Virus record (IMG/VR): IMGVR_UViG_2563366870_000004
Coordinates: 1-42,584 of that record
DNA from: a virus
Taxonomy: Duplodnaviria; Heunggongvirae; Uroviricota; Caudoviricetes
DNA length: 42,584 nucleotides
Direction: 5' to 3' (one strand)
A program made the translations under genes and the position numbers. Of this stretch, positions 8,995 through 18,406 are shown piece by piece. The stretch's first letter is position 1, and the number at the start of each line of letters is the position of its first letter. Below the pieces are notes generated by a model, which did not search any database, was not told where the DNA came from, and saw only the letters and a program-made list of their open reading frames with translations.

Positions 8995-9107
8995 TTTACA
9001 TCGCACTCCTCTTGTGCCATAGTAATCGAGCACTGGCAAAATCCAGTGCCGGGATTTGCACCCCGGATTACTAAAAGGCGCATACCACGCCAGACGTGGT
9101 TTTTTTA
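8995..9107 (+). ncRNA. Candidate small structured RNA / leader element upstream of the anti-repressor gene
   Basis: Three successive hairpins (CACTGG..CCAGTG, CCGGG..CCCGG, CCACG..CGTGG) ending in a T-run; overlaps a low-plausibility ORF 8905-9243. Confidence 0.3.
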
Positions 9108-9255
9108 TGCGTATAGCACAGTCATGCCAGAATTATGGTGGGACGTGCAGGGGCACCGAAAGGTGCGCCGGGTCCTTTTAGCCGGTAGTGCAAACCCTGT
9201 ACGTCTCACCACCAACGAGATTTGCACCTCAGGTGGTGATTAACCATACTAAAAG

Positions 9256-9951
9256 GTGATTGCCATGACTGCTAACGTAACCCCATCTGTTTTTCATTTT
9301 GAATCAGAAGCAACCATTCGAGCCATTGTTATTGATGGAAATCCTTGGTTTGTTGCCAAAGACGTTATTAAAGCTCTTCAACTGACAAACCCCACCATGT
9401 CAATCAAATCTCTTGATGATGATGAAAGGGCTAAATTTAACTTAGGTCGTCAAGGCGAAACCAATATTATCAGCGAGTCAGGCCTCTACACACTGATCCT
9501 CCGCTGCCGCGATGCGGTGACACCAGGCACTATCCCCTACCGCTTTCGTAAATGGGTTACAGGTGAGGTTCTTCCTCAGATCCGCCGCACCGGAAGTTAC
9601 ATTAAAAACTCGCTCCCGCAGGAAGAACGCATAAAGATGGTTGCCGACCAGGTAGCCAACGCCACAGCATCAGCAGTGATGCAGGCGATGAAGATAGAGA
9701 ACAAAACCTACAGTGCCCCGCTGAAGCCCGGCTACCGCAGCCTGATTCACTCGCCGTCTGGTGTTCTCGGCCTGACGGAGAACTCACTGCTGATGAATCT
9801 GCTGAACCAGTTACAGGAAGACGGGCACGACGTATCGGGCGCGGCGGCGGAGCTGACCACCATGTTCTGCTACATCGTCGGTGTGAGCAAATGCCTGCGT
9901 GATATCCAGACGCACGCGGAGTATATCAACGACAAAGCAGGGTTCTTCTGA
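9256..9951 (+). CDS. Anti-repressor with Bro-N-type N-terminal domain
   Basis: Bro-N-like motifs IRAIVIDGNPWFVAKDV, SESGLYTLI, FRKWVTGEVLPQIRRTGSY; C-terminal domain shared with 7842-8114. Confidence 0.7.
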   Translation: MIAMTANVTPSVFHFESEATIRAIVIDGNPWFVAKDVIKALQLTNPTMSIKSLDDDERAKFNLGRQGETNIISESGLYTLILRCRDAVTPGTIPYRFRKWVTGEVLPQIRRTGSYIKNSLPQEERIKMVADQVANATASAVMQAMKIENKTYSAPLKPGYRSLIHSPSGVLGLTENSLLMNLLNQLQEDGHDVSGAAAELTTMFCYIVGVSKCLRDIQTHAEYINDKAGFF

Positions 9952-10015
9952 CGGCGGCGGCACAGGGATGTGCCTTTAAAATAATCATTGGCGATGTGAT
10001 GTAGATTCGCGTAAT

Positions 10016-10032
10016 ATTACCTTAAAGGTAAA
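10016..10032. promoter_or_regulatory. Operator-like palindrome ATTACCT-TAA-AGGTAAA (1 mismatch)
   Basis: Located 25 bp upstream of the ATG at 10058; GAGGAGGAG ribosome-binding site follows. Confidence 0.55.
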
Positions 10033-10057
10033 CCATGTGTTTACATGAGGAGGAGAT

Positions 10058-10267
10058 ATGGGATTTTGGTTCGCTCGTACAAAAACGAGGGATAATGCAC
10101 CCAGCCCTCAGGCAAAAAATGCAGAAGTTCCGGCGTCAGCGCAGGTTAACAAGCGTGGTGGAGTATATATCTCATCACAGCAAATTTCTGAGCTTCCTGA
10201 GGTTAAGGAGATGCGTCGTCTCGCTGCTGCAATTGTTAAACAGGATCTTGCCACTGTAAGGAAGTAG
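10058..10267 (+). CDS. Small hydrophilic protein (69 aa), unknown function
   Basis: Strong ribosome-binding site; stop overlaps the start of the downstream membrane protein gene. Confidence 0.45.
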   Translation: MGFWFARTKTRDNAPSPQAKNAEVPASAQVNKRGGVYISSQQISELPEVKEMRRLAAAIVKQDLATVRK

Positions 10268-11133
10268 TGTTGCTAGCTCTTCTAATTATCCCAATCCTGG
10301 TTAGCGGTTATATTATGATAACCGCTAACCAGTATCATTATTTCCGTTTATACCGACACGAAGGCCAGCTTCTTTATATGAAAGTAGCGGCACTAGGTAC
10401 ATATTGCCTTGTTGCATCAGTAATAATTGCAGCCGCTATAAAATATAAATGGCCTGATTTTCACCTAGTTCACGATATGGTGGAAACTTTTAATGTAACA
10501 TCAAAACCAGAAACAGATAGAATTTACATGTGGCTGCTTCTTCTCTCAGCCACATCCATTTGCTTCTCTTTGTGTTATGTGTCTGTTGTGTGGGTGAAAG
10601 ATTTTCTTCTTGGTTGTTTTTATAAACGTGATATTTACGAGCAAAAAACAGAGGCAATGAAGGCCAGAGTACTGCGAAAAACTTACTCGCAAGGTTCTTT
10701 AGACTTACTATTGCTTGATGCGATTGAATCGGATCCTAAACGACCAATGCTGATTACTTTATCATCAAACAAAGTGTATGTTGGAATAATAAATGGTTCT
10801 GGTGAACCAACGGAAAATCAGGGTCCGCATCAGCACATATCTTTTGTTCCTTTAATGTCAGGATACAGGAACAAAGAAAACTTATCTGTCACATTCACTA
10901 ATGCTTATCCAGGAGAAATACAGGTCAAGCGGACTGCAGCAATAAGAGGAATTAGCAGAAAGAAAGTGCCAGGACTTGAGATCATGGTGTCTATTGACGA
11001 AATAAGTTATATATCATGGTTTGATTTTGAAGTATATAAAGCAACAAATAACAAAGTAGAATCCAGGGGGCACGTTATTCGTGTTACCAAAAATGGAAGA
11101 AATATATATCAAAGAAATAGCAAAAAAGAATAG
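10267..11133 (+). CDS. Membrane protein, 3 N-terminal TM helices plus about 170-aa soluble C-terminal domain, unknown function
   Basis: 288 aa; AT-rich codon usage unlike neighbouring virion genes; TAGTG stop-start overlap with the upstream small ORF. Confidence 0.55.
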   Translation: MLLALLIIPILVSGYIMITANQYHYFRLYRHEGQLLYMKVAALGTYCLVASVIIAAAIKYKWPDFHLVHDMVETFNVTSKPETDRIYMWLLLLSATSICFSLCYVSVVWVKDFLLGCFYKRDIYEQKTEAMKARVLRKTYSQGSLDLLLLDAIESDPKRPMLITLSSNKVYVGIINGSGEPTENQGPHQHISFVPLMSGYRNKENLSVTFTNAYPGEIQVKRTAAIRGISRKKVPGLEIMVSIDEISYISWFDFEVYKATNNKVESRGHVIRVTKNGRNIYQRNSKKE

Positions 11134-11225
11134 CCCGCGCTGCTGGCTTTTTTGTGGACGAAACAAAAGTCAGTGCTACACTCATTGACGCCACATTGAG
11201 GTGGCTTATAGATGGAAATTTCACA

Positions 11226-11387
11226 ATGAAAAAAGCATTTGCTGCACTGTTCGTTTTGTTGTCTCTGGTAGCTTCAACTCAGGCCTTTGCCGGTCGTTGT
11301 CAGCACGACAGCGATACTGCCGCTGACGGCTCCCGCTGCGGTGGGCGTTCTGCGGATTCCCACCCGGGCGGCGGTGGCATTCGTTAA
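11226..11387 (+). CDS. Small secreted Cys-containing, Gly-rich peptide (about 53 aa)
   Basis: Internal ATG gives signal peptide MKKAFAALFVLLSLVASTQAFA then mature GRCQHDSD...RCGG...GGGGIR; putative TTGACG-N16-TATAGA promoter upstream and terminator downstream. Confidence 0.35.
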   Translation: MKKAFAALFVLLSLVASTQAFAGRCQHDSDTAADGSRCGGRSADSHPGGGGIR

Positions 11388-11392
11388 AAACA

Positions 11393-11414
11393 AGGCCGCG
11401 AAAGCGGCCTGTTT
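11393..11414. terminator. Bidirectional rho-independent terminator
   Basis: AGGCCGC-GAAA-GCGGCCT hairpin plus T-run between convergent genes. Confidence 0.5.
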
Positions 11415-11416
11415 GA

Positions 11417-12268
11417 TCACTGTGCAGTTTTCGCTGATCGATTTTCAGCTCTAAATTCAAGAACCGTTTCAATATTTCTTTCCTTCAGCATATCAATAAC
11501 ATTTTTATTCATTTGACTATCACTGGTTAATAACTGGTAAACGTTGCTTCTCTCTTTATCAGAATTTTCTTTAACAGCTGCTTTGCATGCCAAATGCTTA
11601 TTGAAATTTTCTACATCGCTAGTACAGGAATTTACGGCTGCTGATGAAATATCAGACGCTGAAGAAACACCATCATCCAAACGTTTTATAGCATTTTCTA
11701 TACATGAGTTAAGGGAATAAACGACAACTGAGCGATACCCTTCAGACGCACACCATTCTAAATTTCTTGAAGGATCGAGTGGTTTTACTTCGCTGGATTG
11801 AATTAACTTGTCAAAAACTGACTTATATTCAATCTGTTTTTTATCTATAGCCCATACTTCAGTAGCTGATTTATAATTCCCCGTATGCCTATTAACATCA
11901 AATCCATGTTTTATAAGCAAATCTGCCCATGAAAGATTTATTGATTCATTGTTATGAGGCCATTTTCCTGTCAGAACCGCCCCCATAGACCCCATATATC
12001 CGCCATATGATGGTATAGCACCATGGCTCAGTAACTTCTCAGCAACCACAGGGCAATTAATTACATAAGAGGCGTAAAGCCCATTCCATAAAGCCCCTCT
12101 ATAGTAATCGCCACGATTAGGTTCTTTTAAGTCGATAGCCTTTGATAATTGTTCACACGTTTTGCATGCATCAAAGTTATCCTTATTGCATTGCAATGAA
12201 CTGGCGGCTGTAGGATTTACAGAGACTATTGAAAGCACTATGCCAAAAAACAAATTTATTTTTTTCAT
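11417..12268 (-). CDS. Secreted protein with possible ankyrin-like repeats, unknown function
   Basis: 283 aa; cleavable-looking signal peptide; AT-rich; start lies within 2 nt of the stop of the upstream internal virion protein gene. Confidence 0.5.
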   Translation of the reverse strand: MKKINLFFGIVLSIVSVNPTAASSLQCNKDNFDACKTCEQLSKAIDLKEPNRGDYYRGALWNGLYASYVINCPVVAEKLLSHGAIPSYGGYMGSMGAVLTGKWPHNNESINLSWADLLIKHGFDVNRHTGNYKSATEVWAIDKKQIEYKSVFDKLIQSSEVKPLDPSRNLEWCASEGYRSVVVYSLNSCIENAIKRLDDGVSSASDISSAAVNSCTSDVENFNKHLACKAAVKENSDKERSNVYQLLTSDSQMNKNVIDMLKERNIETVLEFRAENRSAKTAQ

Positions 12269-12269
12269 C

Positions 12270-15200
12270 CTATTTCATCTGCTCTTCAACTTTATTTAGT
12301 AATGGTGATATCGCCCACAGATTCTGAAAAGGTAGCATTTTACGGACAGCGTGGGTTTGCTGGCTGTCAAATTCTCCGTTAAGTACACCATTTGCAACCG
12401 TCGCGGCATCACCGCCAAGATCAAAGGTAGGACCAAGTAAAGCACCAATAGCATTACGACTCTGAAACCTTGATACCGGAGGCGCACCAAACATCGCGCC
12501 AAGACCAAACCTACCGCCGCTTATGTTCTCAACGGTATTCAGCGGCTCAGAGAGCCAGCCAAGCATTCCGCCCCGGTCGATCCCCTCTTTCACAAGGTTA
12601 TTCCAGCTGTAGTCGATATCGCGACCGCTTAACTTCTGTTTCATCATATAGACCATTGAGCCAAGCGCAATCGTGCCAAGCGCACCAAGATAGAATGAAG
12701 CATCGCCCTGCTGGATACCAGATACCAACACCCTGTTATGCTGTGCGAAGATAAACGTTTTGAACTGCGTGATCATCTTCCAGCCTTCTTTACTAAAAAA
12801 CAGCGGTGTATCACCTACGCCAGGCGTTACAATCACTGAGTCTACATCTTTCAGCACTGCAGACTGGAAAATCTCTCTAGCGAAACGGTCATCCCACAGA
12901 TGACTATGCCCGGTTAACAGCCCGTCCATATCCTCTCCGTGCTTCCCGAATTGCTCCCCGATTCGGCGCAGAACATCTTCATTGATGCCGACCTGTGCCA
13001 TCTTCCGCATTTCACTTTTGGCGAGCGTGCCACCAGCAGAAACCTGGCGAGCCGCGTCAAGTATCCTCGACTGCACTATCATCCCGGACCATGATTTAAG
13101 TGCGCTGTTCCACTGATTCATCAGCGTCCAGTTACCGAATTTCTGCGTCATCCAGTTCAGGCCTCGCTCAGCGGCGCTTCTCCGGCTATAGGGGTCAGTA
13201 AGATCCGCTATAGCCTTTGTACGCGTAGACAGGACATAATCAAGCCCAACGGCCATTTCTCGCAAATCCCTGGTTGCAATTTTCACTGAGTCCATATTTT
13301 TAAGCATGCTTACCATTGGTCCGAGAGATTTTCTCAGGCCATGCTGCATCATCGGTCGCATCAGATCAGTTGCAGCGGAGACGGTCATTCCACCAAGCAA
13401 ACGGAGGAAGTTAATATTCCTAGCAACTCGCCCGGCACGAACAAAGAAACTGCGTGGATCTTGAGGTGCGCCGTAAGTACCAAGCAGTCGGTCACGCATA
13501 GCCGTAATATCCCTAATATCAGCCTCCCGTTGCTTCTCAAGAGCTGCACGTCGTTTAGGTGTTTTAGCCTCTTTTATTAGCCTGGTATATTCCTCACTAA
13601 CCTGACGGATTTGCTCCCCCATATCTTTACGGCCAAACTGCGCAGTCAGCTCAATTTCTGGTGCCACCTGCCGGAGATAACTTTCCATGATGTAGTTAAC
13701 ATCTGATTCAAGAAAATCTTCTATACGCTCATCAGGAATAAGCAGCGTTCGGCTTTTAGTGAAACCAGCCCGACCAACGAGTCTCTCTGGGATAATATCG
13801 GCTGGTACAAGCCCGGAAGGTGCGCCTATTATTTTATTCACGATCTCGTCAGCAGCGTCCTCTGCTTCCTCTCGGGATAGAGGCTCCATCTGCTTCAGTG
13901 CTCGCTCGCGGCTTGCATTCAGCCTTGTGGTTGAATTTGCCCGTTTTTGCAGTCGGCGAAGCTCAGAACGATATTTCCGTGGATTATCCAGCAACTCCAT
14001 ATGGCGCTGATAGACAGGAAGCTCACTCTTTGCCTGCGCTATATCATCAAGGCGTGTTTTAAGGTCAGAGCTTTCTTTCATCATTCTTGCCTGAAGTTTT
14101 TCTGATGAAGTCTCGGCCAACTCTTTTTCTATTCTTGTAAGACGCGCCTGTGTGTCAGTCTCCTGAGATATAAGCTTATTTCGTTTATCCAGTTCTTCCA
14201 TGAGTAGAATTTTTTTACCAGACCATTTCTCCGCTTCAGCGATTTCACTAGCGAGAGCATCAGCGCGCGGTGCTGATTCCTCTGCAGTTTTTAGCAATGA
14301 ATTTATCTTTTCAATTCGCTGACCTGCTTTGTCAGCACCTTTGGCACTAATCCCTTGTATCCAGTTGGCAATTCGCCCTCTGAATTCAGTGCGGTCGGAA
14401 AGTATCTTATCGAACTTATAAATGCGGGGAAGATAACTTTTCGCCGTCACGACATCGATATCCTCAGGAAGGATCCCCAGTTCCTGCATACGGGCTTTTG
14501 TGGTCTCAAAAATGGGGCGGATTCTGGCGGCTGCTTGTGAAACCTCTGGAATATCACTCTGATCACCACGGCGCATAGCCATGCCAACAGCTTCATTGAA
14601 ATCAATAAAGTTCATCCTCTTCACGCCGCGGGCGCTGACAGATTTGCTGTACTGCTGGTAAGCATCACGAGTGGCTTCCATCTGCTTATAAAGCATGGCG
14701 TCGTATTGCTTAATCTTAGTCTCGACTGCCGTAAACGTAGCCAACCCCTCATCATTTTTGGCGAAGAAATAGTTATTTTCGGCAAGCTGCTGGTTAATCT
14801 GACGGGAGACAAGAGATGGTGATTGCGCCAAGCGGCCAGCAGGAGTGACACTCAACGTTTTGTTAGCAAGTCCAAGTCCAGCGAGCTGTTCCTGATCGAG
14901 TGTGGTATTGAAAACCTGAGCTGCACCAATGCTTTGAGGAGAATCCATACCTCGCAAATGATTACCTACTGAGTTAACCACTGCCTCGCGCGCGCTAGGT
15001 CCAGCAAGTAGCTGTGCACCAGCACCAAGGATCCCACCAACGAGAGCATCAACAACAACGTTCGATACGCTCTCCATCGGTGAGCGAGCTTCCTGAGTGG
15101 CCTGCAATGCGGCCTCTGAAGCAACACTGCCAGCAGCATTGGCTAAAGCAAAACGTCCGGCTGTTTCTGCAATACGACCGCCACGAACGACAGCGCCGAA

Positions 15201-15659
15201 CGGAATAAACATAGAAATCGCATTGAATGGATCTGCTAATCTCATTGCTACAGAAGAGACTGTACCAGCAAATCCCAAGCCTGAATTGTATTCCATGTCA
15301 GCTCTCTGCTGATCGATTCGATGTTTAATTGCCATTGTTTCTTCAGGCGAACCGGAGTTGATAAACGAATCTGCAAAATCTTCATAGCCTTTAATATCTG
15401 CTGCATCGTTATCAAATGGGTTATATCCTTCAACCCTGTCAAACTGACTGAAAGGAGCACTGGCAATAAAGCTACCCAGCGTGTTATCTATACGAAATGC
15501 TGCTTGTCTAGACCTTTGAACGCGTTGATCACTGGTAAATGGGTTCACAGCAGAAAGCAAAGAAGGTGTTTCCATATAGAAATTACTGTCATCAGGTGCT
15601 GCTATTTGCTGAATATCCTCGCCAAGCAACTCTTTAGGATTCTGTTCATATATCGGCAT
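12270..15659 (-). CDS. Large internal virion / ejection protein (T7 gp16-like position)
   Basis: 1129 aa, last and largest of three consecutive core-type genes downstream of the tail-tube genes. Confidence 0.7.
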   Translation of the reverse strand: MPIYEQNPKELLGEDIQQIAAPDDSNFYMETPSLLSAVNPFTSDQRVQRSRQAAFRIDNTLGSFIASAPFSQFDRVEGYNPFDNDAADIKGYEDFADSFINSGSPEETMAIKHRIDQQRADMEYNSGLGFAGTVSSVAMRLADPFNAISMFIPFGAVVRGGRIAETAGRFALANAAGSVASEAALQATQEARSPMESVSNVVVDALVGGILGAGAQLLAGPSAREAVVNSVGNHLRGMDSPQSIGAAQVFNTTLDQEQLAGLGLANKTLSVTPAGRLAQSPSLVSRQINQQLAENNYFFAKNDEGLATFTAVETKIKQYDAMLYKQMEATRDAYQQYSKSVSARGVKRMNFIDFNEAVGMAMRRGDQSDIPEVSQAAARIRPIFETTKARMQELGILPEDIDVVTAKSYLPRIYKFDKILSDRTEFRGRIANWIQGISAKGADKAGQRIEKINSLLKTAEESAPRADALASEIAEAEKWSGKKILLMEELDKRNKLISQETDTQARLTRIEKELAETSSEKLQARMMKESSDLKTRLDDIAQAKSELPVYQRHMELLDNPRKYRSELRRLQKRANSTTRLNASRERALKQMEPLSREEAEDAADEIVNKIIGAPSGLVPADIIPERLVGRAGFTKSRTLLIPDERIEDFLESDVNYIMESYLRQVAPEIELTAQFGRKDMGEQIRQVSEEYTRLIKEAKTPKRRAALEKQREADIRDITAMRDRLLGTYGAPQDPRSFFVRAGRVARNINFLRLLGGMTVSAATDLMRPMMQHGLRKSLGPMVSMLKNMDSVKIATRDLREMAVGLDYVLSTRTKAIADLTDPYSRRSAAERGLNWMTQKFGNWTLMNQWNSALKSWSGMIVQSRILDAARQVSAGGTLAKSEMRKMAQVGINEDVLRRIGEQFGKHGEDMDGLLTGHSHLWDDRFAREIFQSAVLKDVDSVIVTPGVGDTPLFFSKEGWKMITQFKTFIFAQHNRVLVSGIQQGDASFYLGALGTIALGSMVYMMKQKLSGRDIDYSWNNLVKEGIDRGGMLGWLSEPLNTVENISGGRFGLGAMFGAPPVSRFQSRNAIGALLGPTFDLGGDAATVANGVLNGEFDSQQTHAVRKMLPFQNLWAISPLLNKVEEQMK

Positions 15660-18406
15660 TATTTGCCCCCTGCGTATATATTGCTCGGAAGGTAATTGGC
15701 TGAACCATAACCGAATGGTTTGGTCAGATCTGGAGGAGTATATCCATCTTTATTGCTGAACTGCGGCAGCGGATTGCCTTCTCTCCGCACTCTAGCCTCA
15801 TCAACACGCTGTTGCTGTAACTGAATGGTTTGCCTGTACATTGGAGATGTCAGTTGATCCGGCTTGAAACGAACAGGGAGACCATTTTCTCCAATATAAT
15901 TTCTCGGTTCTATCGCTCCGTTTGCGTCAGGCTGTAAAACCATAACAGCATAACTCCTATCCCTTGCCGTAAGGCCATCAGAAACAAGTATTAAGTCCGT
16001 ATCACTGCGAGGACCGCCAAAGGATTTTGATTTAAGCTCGCGTTTTTCCTGCTCCCACTGCCCCTGTATCCAGTTACCAGCACCATTATTTACTCCGTAC
16101 AATGCCTCAGGTGCATACTTCATAACCTCTGCTTTGCCATTAACCGTAGAAACTCCCCAGGTGGTTCTGATCATGGCATTGGTCATTTTCTCAGCCTGTT
16201 CTGCATCGCCACCTGTCTGTACAAAGTTAGCATCGTAAATTGTCTGGTAATCTCGCTGATAGGCCGCATTTGATTTTCCTGGATCGGTAATATCCGGAGA
16301 CCACGAACCAAAGGAAGTCAGACTGCTGGCGTTATTTTGTGCAGCAGTTGCCCTCGCCGCGACATATTTTTTGTCTCGCATGGCAGTGGAAAGCATCTGT
16401 TTCATTCGGTCATCCTGTTGGAACACCTGGCTGTAAGCCATATCAACAGCCTTATCCTCCGGCACGCCAGCGCGGGAATAATCGTAAACCTTGCCGTAAA
16501 ATGCCATCGTACTTTTATCAAGTGTTGCCGCTGCCGCCGGATTATTATCGAATAACTGACCGTAGAATTTTGCCATCGGGACAACCAGCGCAGGATCTCT
16601 TGATGTTGCTCCACTGTTAAGCATTGTTTTAACCTGAGTTGGTATCATGCCGCTTTTAGTTGTGACGGTGACCAGTGTATTGATGCTCTGCGGATCAGAT
16701 ATGGAAAACGAAGGCGCGATATCCTGCGCGAAATAACGGTCTACCGCTGCCTGATTGTTTTTGTCGTTCGTGTCCAGCGGGAAGTTATTTTGCATTGAAG
16801 ACACGAACCTGTTTCTTCCCTGCTGAATCTCCCACTCCCTATCCATCTCTTTAAATTTGGCCTGCATTTTCTCCCAGCGTTGCTGGTTAGCAGCAAATCC
16901 AGGAGCGTTTGGATCCTGTGGACGTAAACGTTCAAGAATGTCTTGTCGTCCTTCTGGAGTGAGGTCTTTAGCGGCACCAATGACACCTCCATATTGTATC
17001 TGCGCCTGCATATCCTTCCACTTCATAGCGCCAATGCGCGGACCATTGGCCCGGATAAAATCGTCCTCAGAAGGTAACTTCTCAGGTTTCAATCCTTCAT
17101 CAAGGGCTGAATATGCATCTTTAACTACGGTGCTAAGCTGGTCCGCATACTGCTGGCGGTACTGATTTCTCAGCTCATTAGCCTGCCTCAATGCCTGTAT
17201 TTGCATTTGAGGGCTCATAGCATCAAATGCCGCATTGCCCGTATAACGCTTAGGTGAATCAAGGTTAGTTAGACCAAGGGCTGCCGAGATACCAGTTTCA
17301 AGCTGTTCGGTGCTATAAGGCATACTGCCATTTTCGTGTTTAATAATCCCAGCACATAAAGCAGCTAGTGTCTTTGGGTTAGAGATATCAAGCTGATCAT
17401 TCTCCCCAACACCAAGCTCACCACACAATGCCCTAATATAAGCATCAGTATTATTACCATCACTAGCCGGAGCATAGCGATTAACAATCTCGCTAACGGT
17501 GTCATAGCCTTGACGCTGGTAAGACAACATATTTTTACCCAACGCGCGGATTCCATGCTCAGGGGTAGCAAACGTTGCAAAACGTCCATCGCTACCGATC
17601 TGACCTTCCCACGGGTTAGATTTGCTCGCTTCAATATTACCAGGGTTATTATTACGTAAACCACGAGCATCCAATGAATTACCATGTGATATTGCACGAC
17701 TCACACCACCAAGATCCCCTGGCTCTCCATTAACCTGAAGAAACTCGTTGTATTTTTGAGCGATATTTCCTATCCATGCTTGCTGCCCCATTTGTTCCTT
17801 GAGCTGAGTTTTCTGCTGAACACGCCACTCATCAGGAAGCCCATGCGCATCAGCGTATTGATCAATAGATTCAAATCGCTGCTTGGCTAAATCGACAAAT
17901 GCTTGGTTATCGCTATATAGCCCCGCAGACTGAGTGACAGCCAATGCATTTCCTGACAAATACGTTTGATCTTGGAATTGCTGAAACTGCCCAACTTCAT
18001 ATCGACGTGCCTGATTGTAATAAGACTGCATAGACTGCTGGAGTTGAAAGGATAATTTATTCCTTTCCTCACTTTCAGGGATTGAGCCTAATAATGCCTG
18101 AGCCCTTTCCTGCATATTTTTCATAACAGCGTCACTCTGACCAAGAGCGTTTTTACCCTGTTTAGAAATCAGCCCATTTTCAGGGTTGTTAATCTGGTCA
18201 TCTGCAAATTGGTTAAATTGCAGTAACGCCTCCTGGGCCATAGCAACATTCGCTTTCTGCCTGGCTTCACCATATGCCACCGCATACTGATCTGCGACAT
18301 TCGCCAGCACCTGACCTGCTTGAGGAACATCGAAGGTCTGAAAACCACCGGTTTGCACACCACGACTTTGCACCTGGCGTCCGGATGTAGTAGGAACAAC
18401 AGGCAT
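15659..18406 (-). CDS. Internal virion protein (T7 gp15-like position), possibly with a cell-wall-degrading domain
   Basis: 915 aa; central motif GLRNNNPGNI...YAPASDGN; enzymatic assignment is tentative. Confidence 0.65.
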   Translation of the reverse strand: MPVVPTTSGRQVQSRGVQTGGFQTFDVPQAGQVLANVADQYAVAYGEARQKANVAMAQEALLQFNQFADDQINNPENGLISKQGKNALGQSDAVMKNMQERAQALLGSIPESEERNKLSFQLQQSMQSYYNQARRYEVGQFQQFQDQTYLSGNALAVTQSAGLYSDNQAFVDLAKQRFESIDQYADAHGLPDEWRVQQKTQLKEQMGQQAWIGNIAQKYNEFLQVNGEPGDLGGVSRAISHGNSLDARGLRNNNPGNIEASKSNPWEGQIGSDGRFATFATPEHGIRALGKNMLSYQRQGYDTVSEIVNRYAPASDGNNTDAYIRALCGELGVGENDQLDISNPKTLAALCAGIIKHENGSMPYSTEQLETGISAALGLTNLDSPKRYTGNAAFDAMSPQMQIQALRQANELRNQYRQQYADQLSTVVKDAYSALDEGLKPEKLPSEDDFIRANGPRIGAMKWKDMQAQIQYGGVIGAAKDLTPEGRQDILERLRPQDPNAPGFAANQQRWEKMQAKFKEMDREWEIQQGRNRFVSSMQNNFPLDTNDKNNQAAVDRYFAQDIAPSFSISDPQSINTLVTVTTKSGMIPTQVKTMLNSGATSRDPALVVPMAKFYGQLFDNNPAAAATLDKSTMAFYGKVYDYSRAGVPEDKAVDMAYSQVFQQDDRMKQMLSTAMRDKKYVAARATAAQNNASSLTSFGSWSPDITDPGKSNAAYQRDYQTIYDANFVQTGGDAEQAEKMTNAMIRTTWGVSTVNGKAEVMKYAPEALYGVNNGAGNWIQGQWEQEKRELKSKSFGGPRSDTDLILVSDGLTARDRSYAVMVLQPDANGAIEPRNYIGENGLPVRFKPDQLTSPMYRQTIQLQQQRVDEARVRREGNPLPQFSNKDGYTPPDLTKPFGYGSANYLPSNIYAGGK

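Noticed and set aside
8905-9243. 112-aa plus-strand ORF in the anti-repressor leader
   Set aside because: The region is dominated by hairpins and a terminator-like structure; the protein is low-complexity with no start context, so it is more likely a structured RNA or leader than coding.
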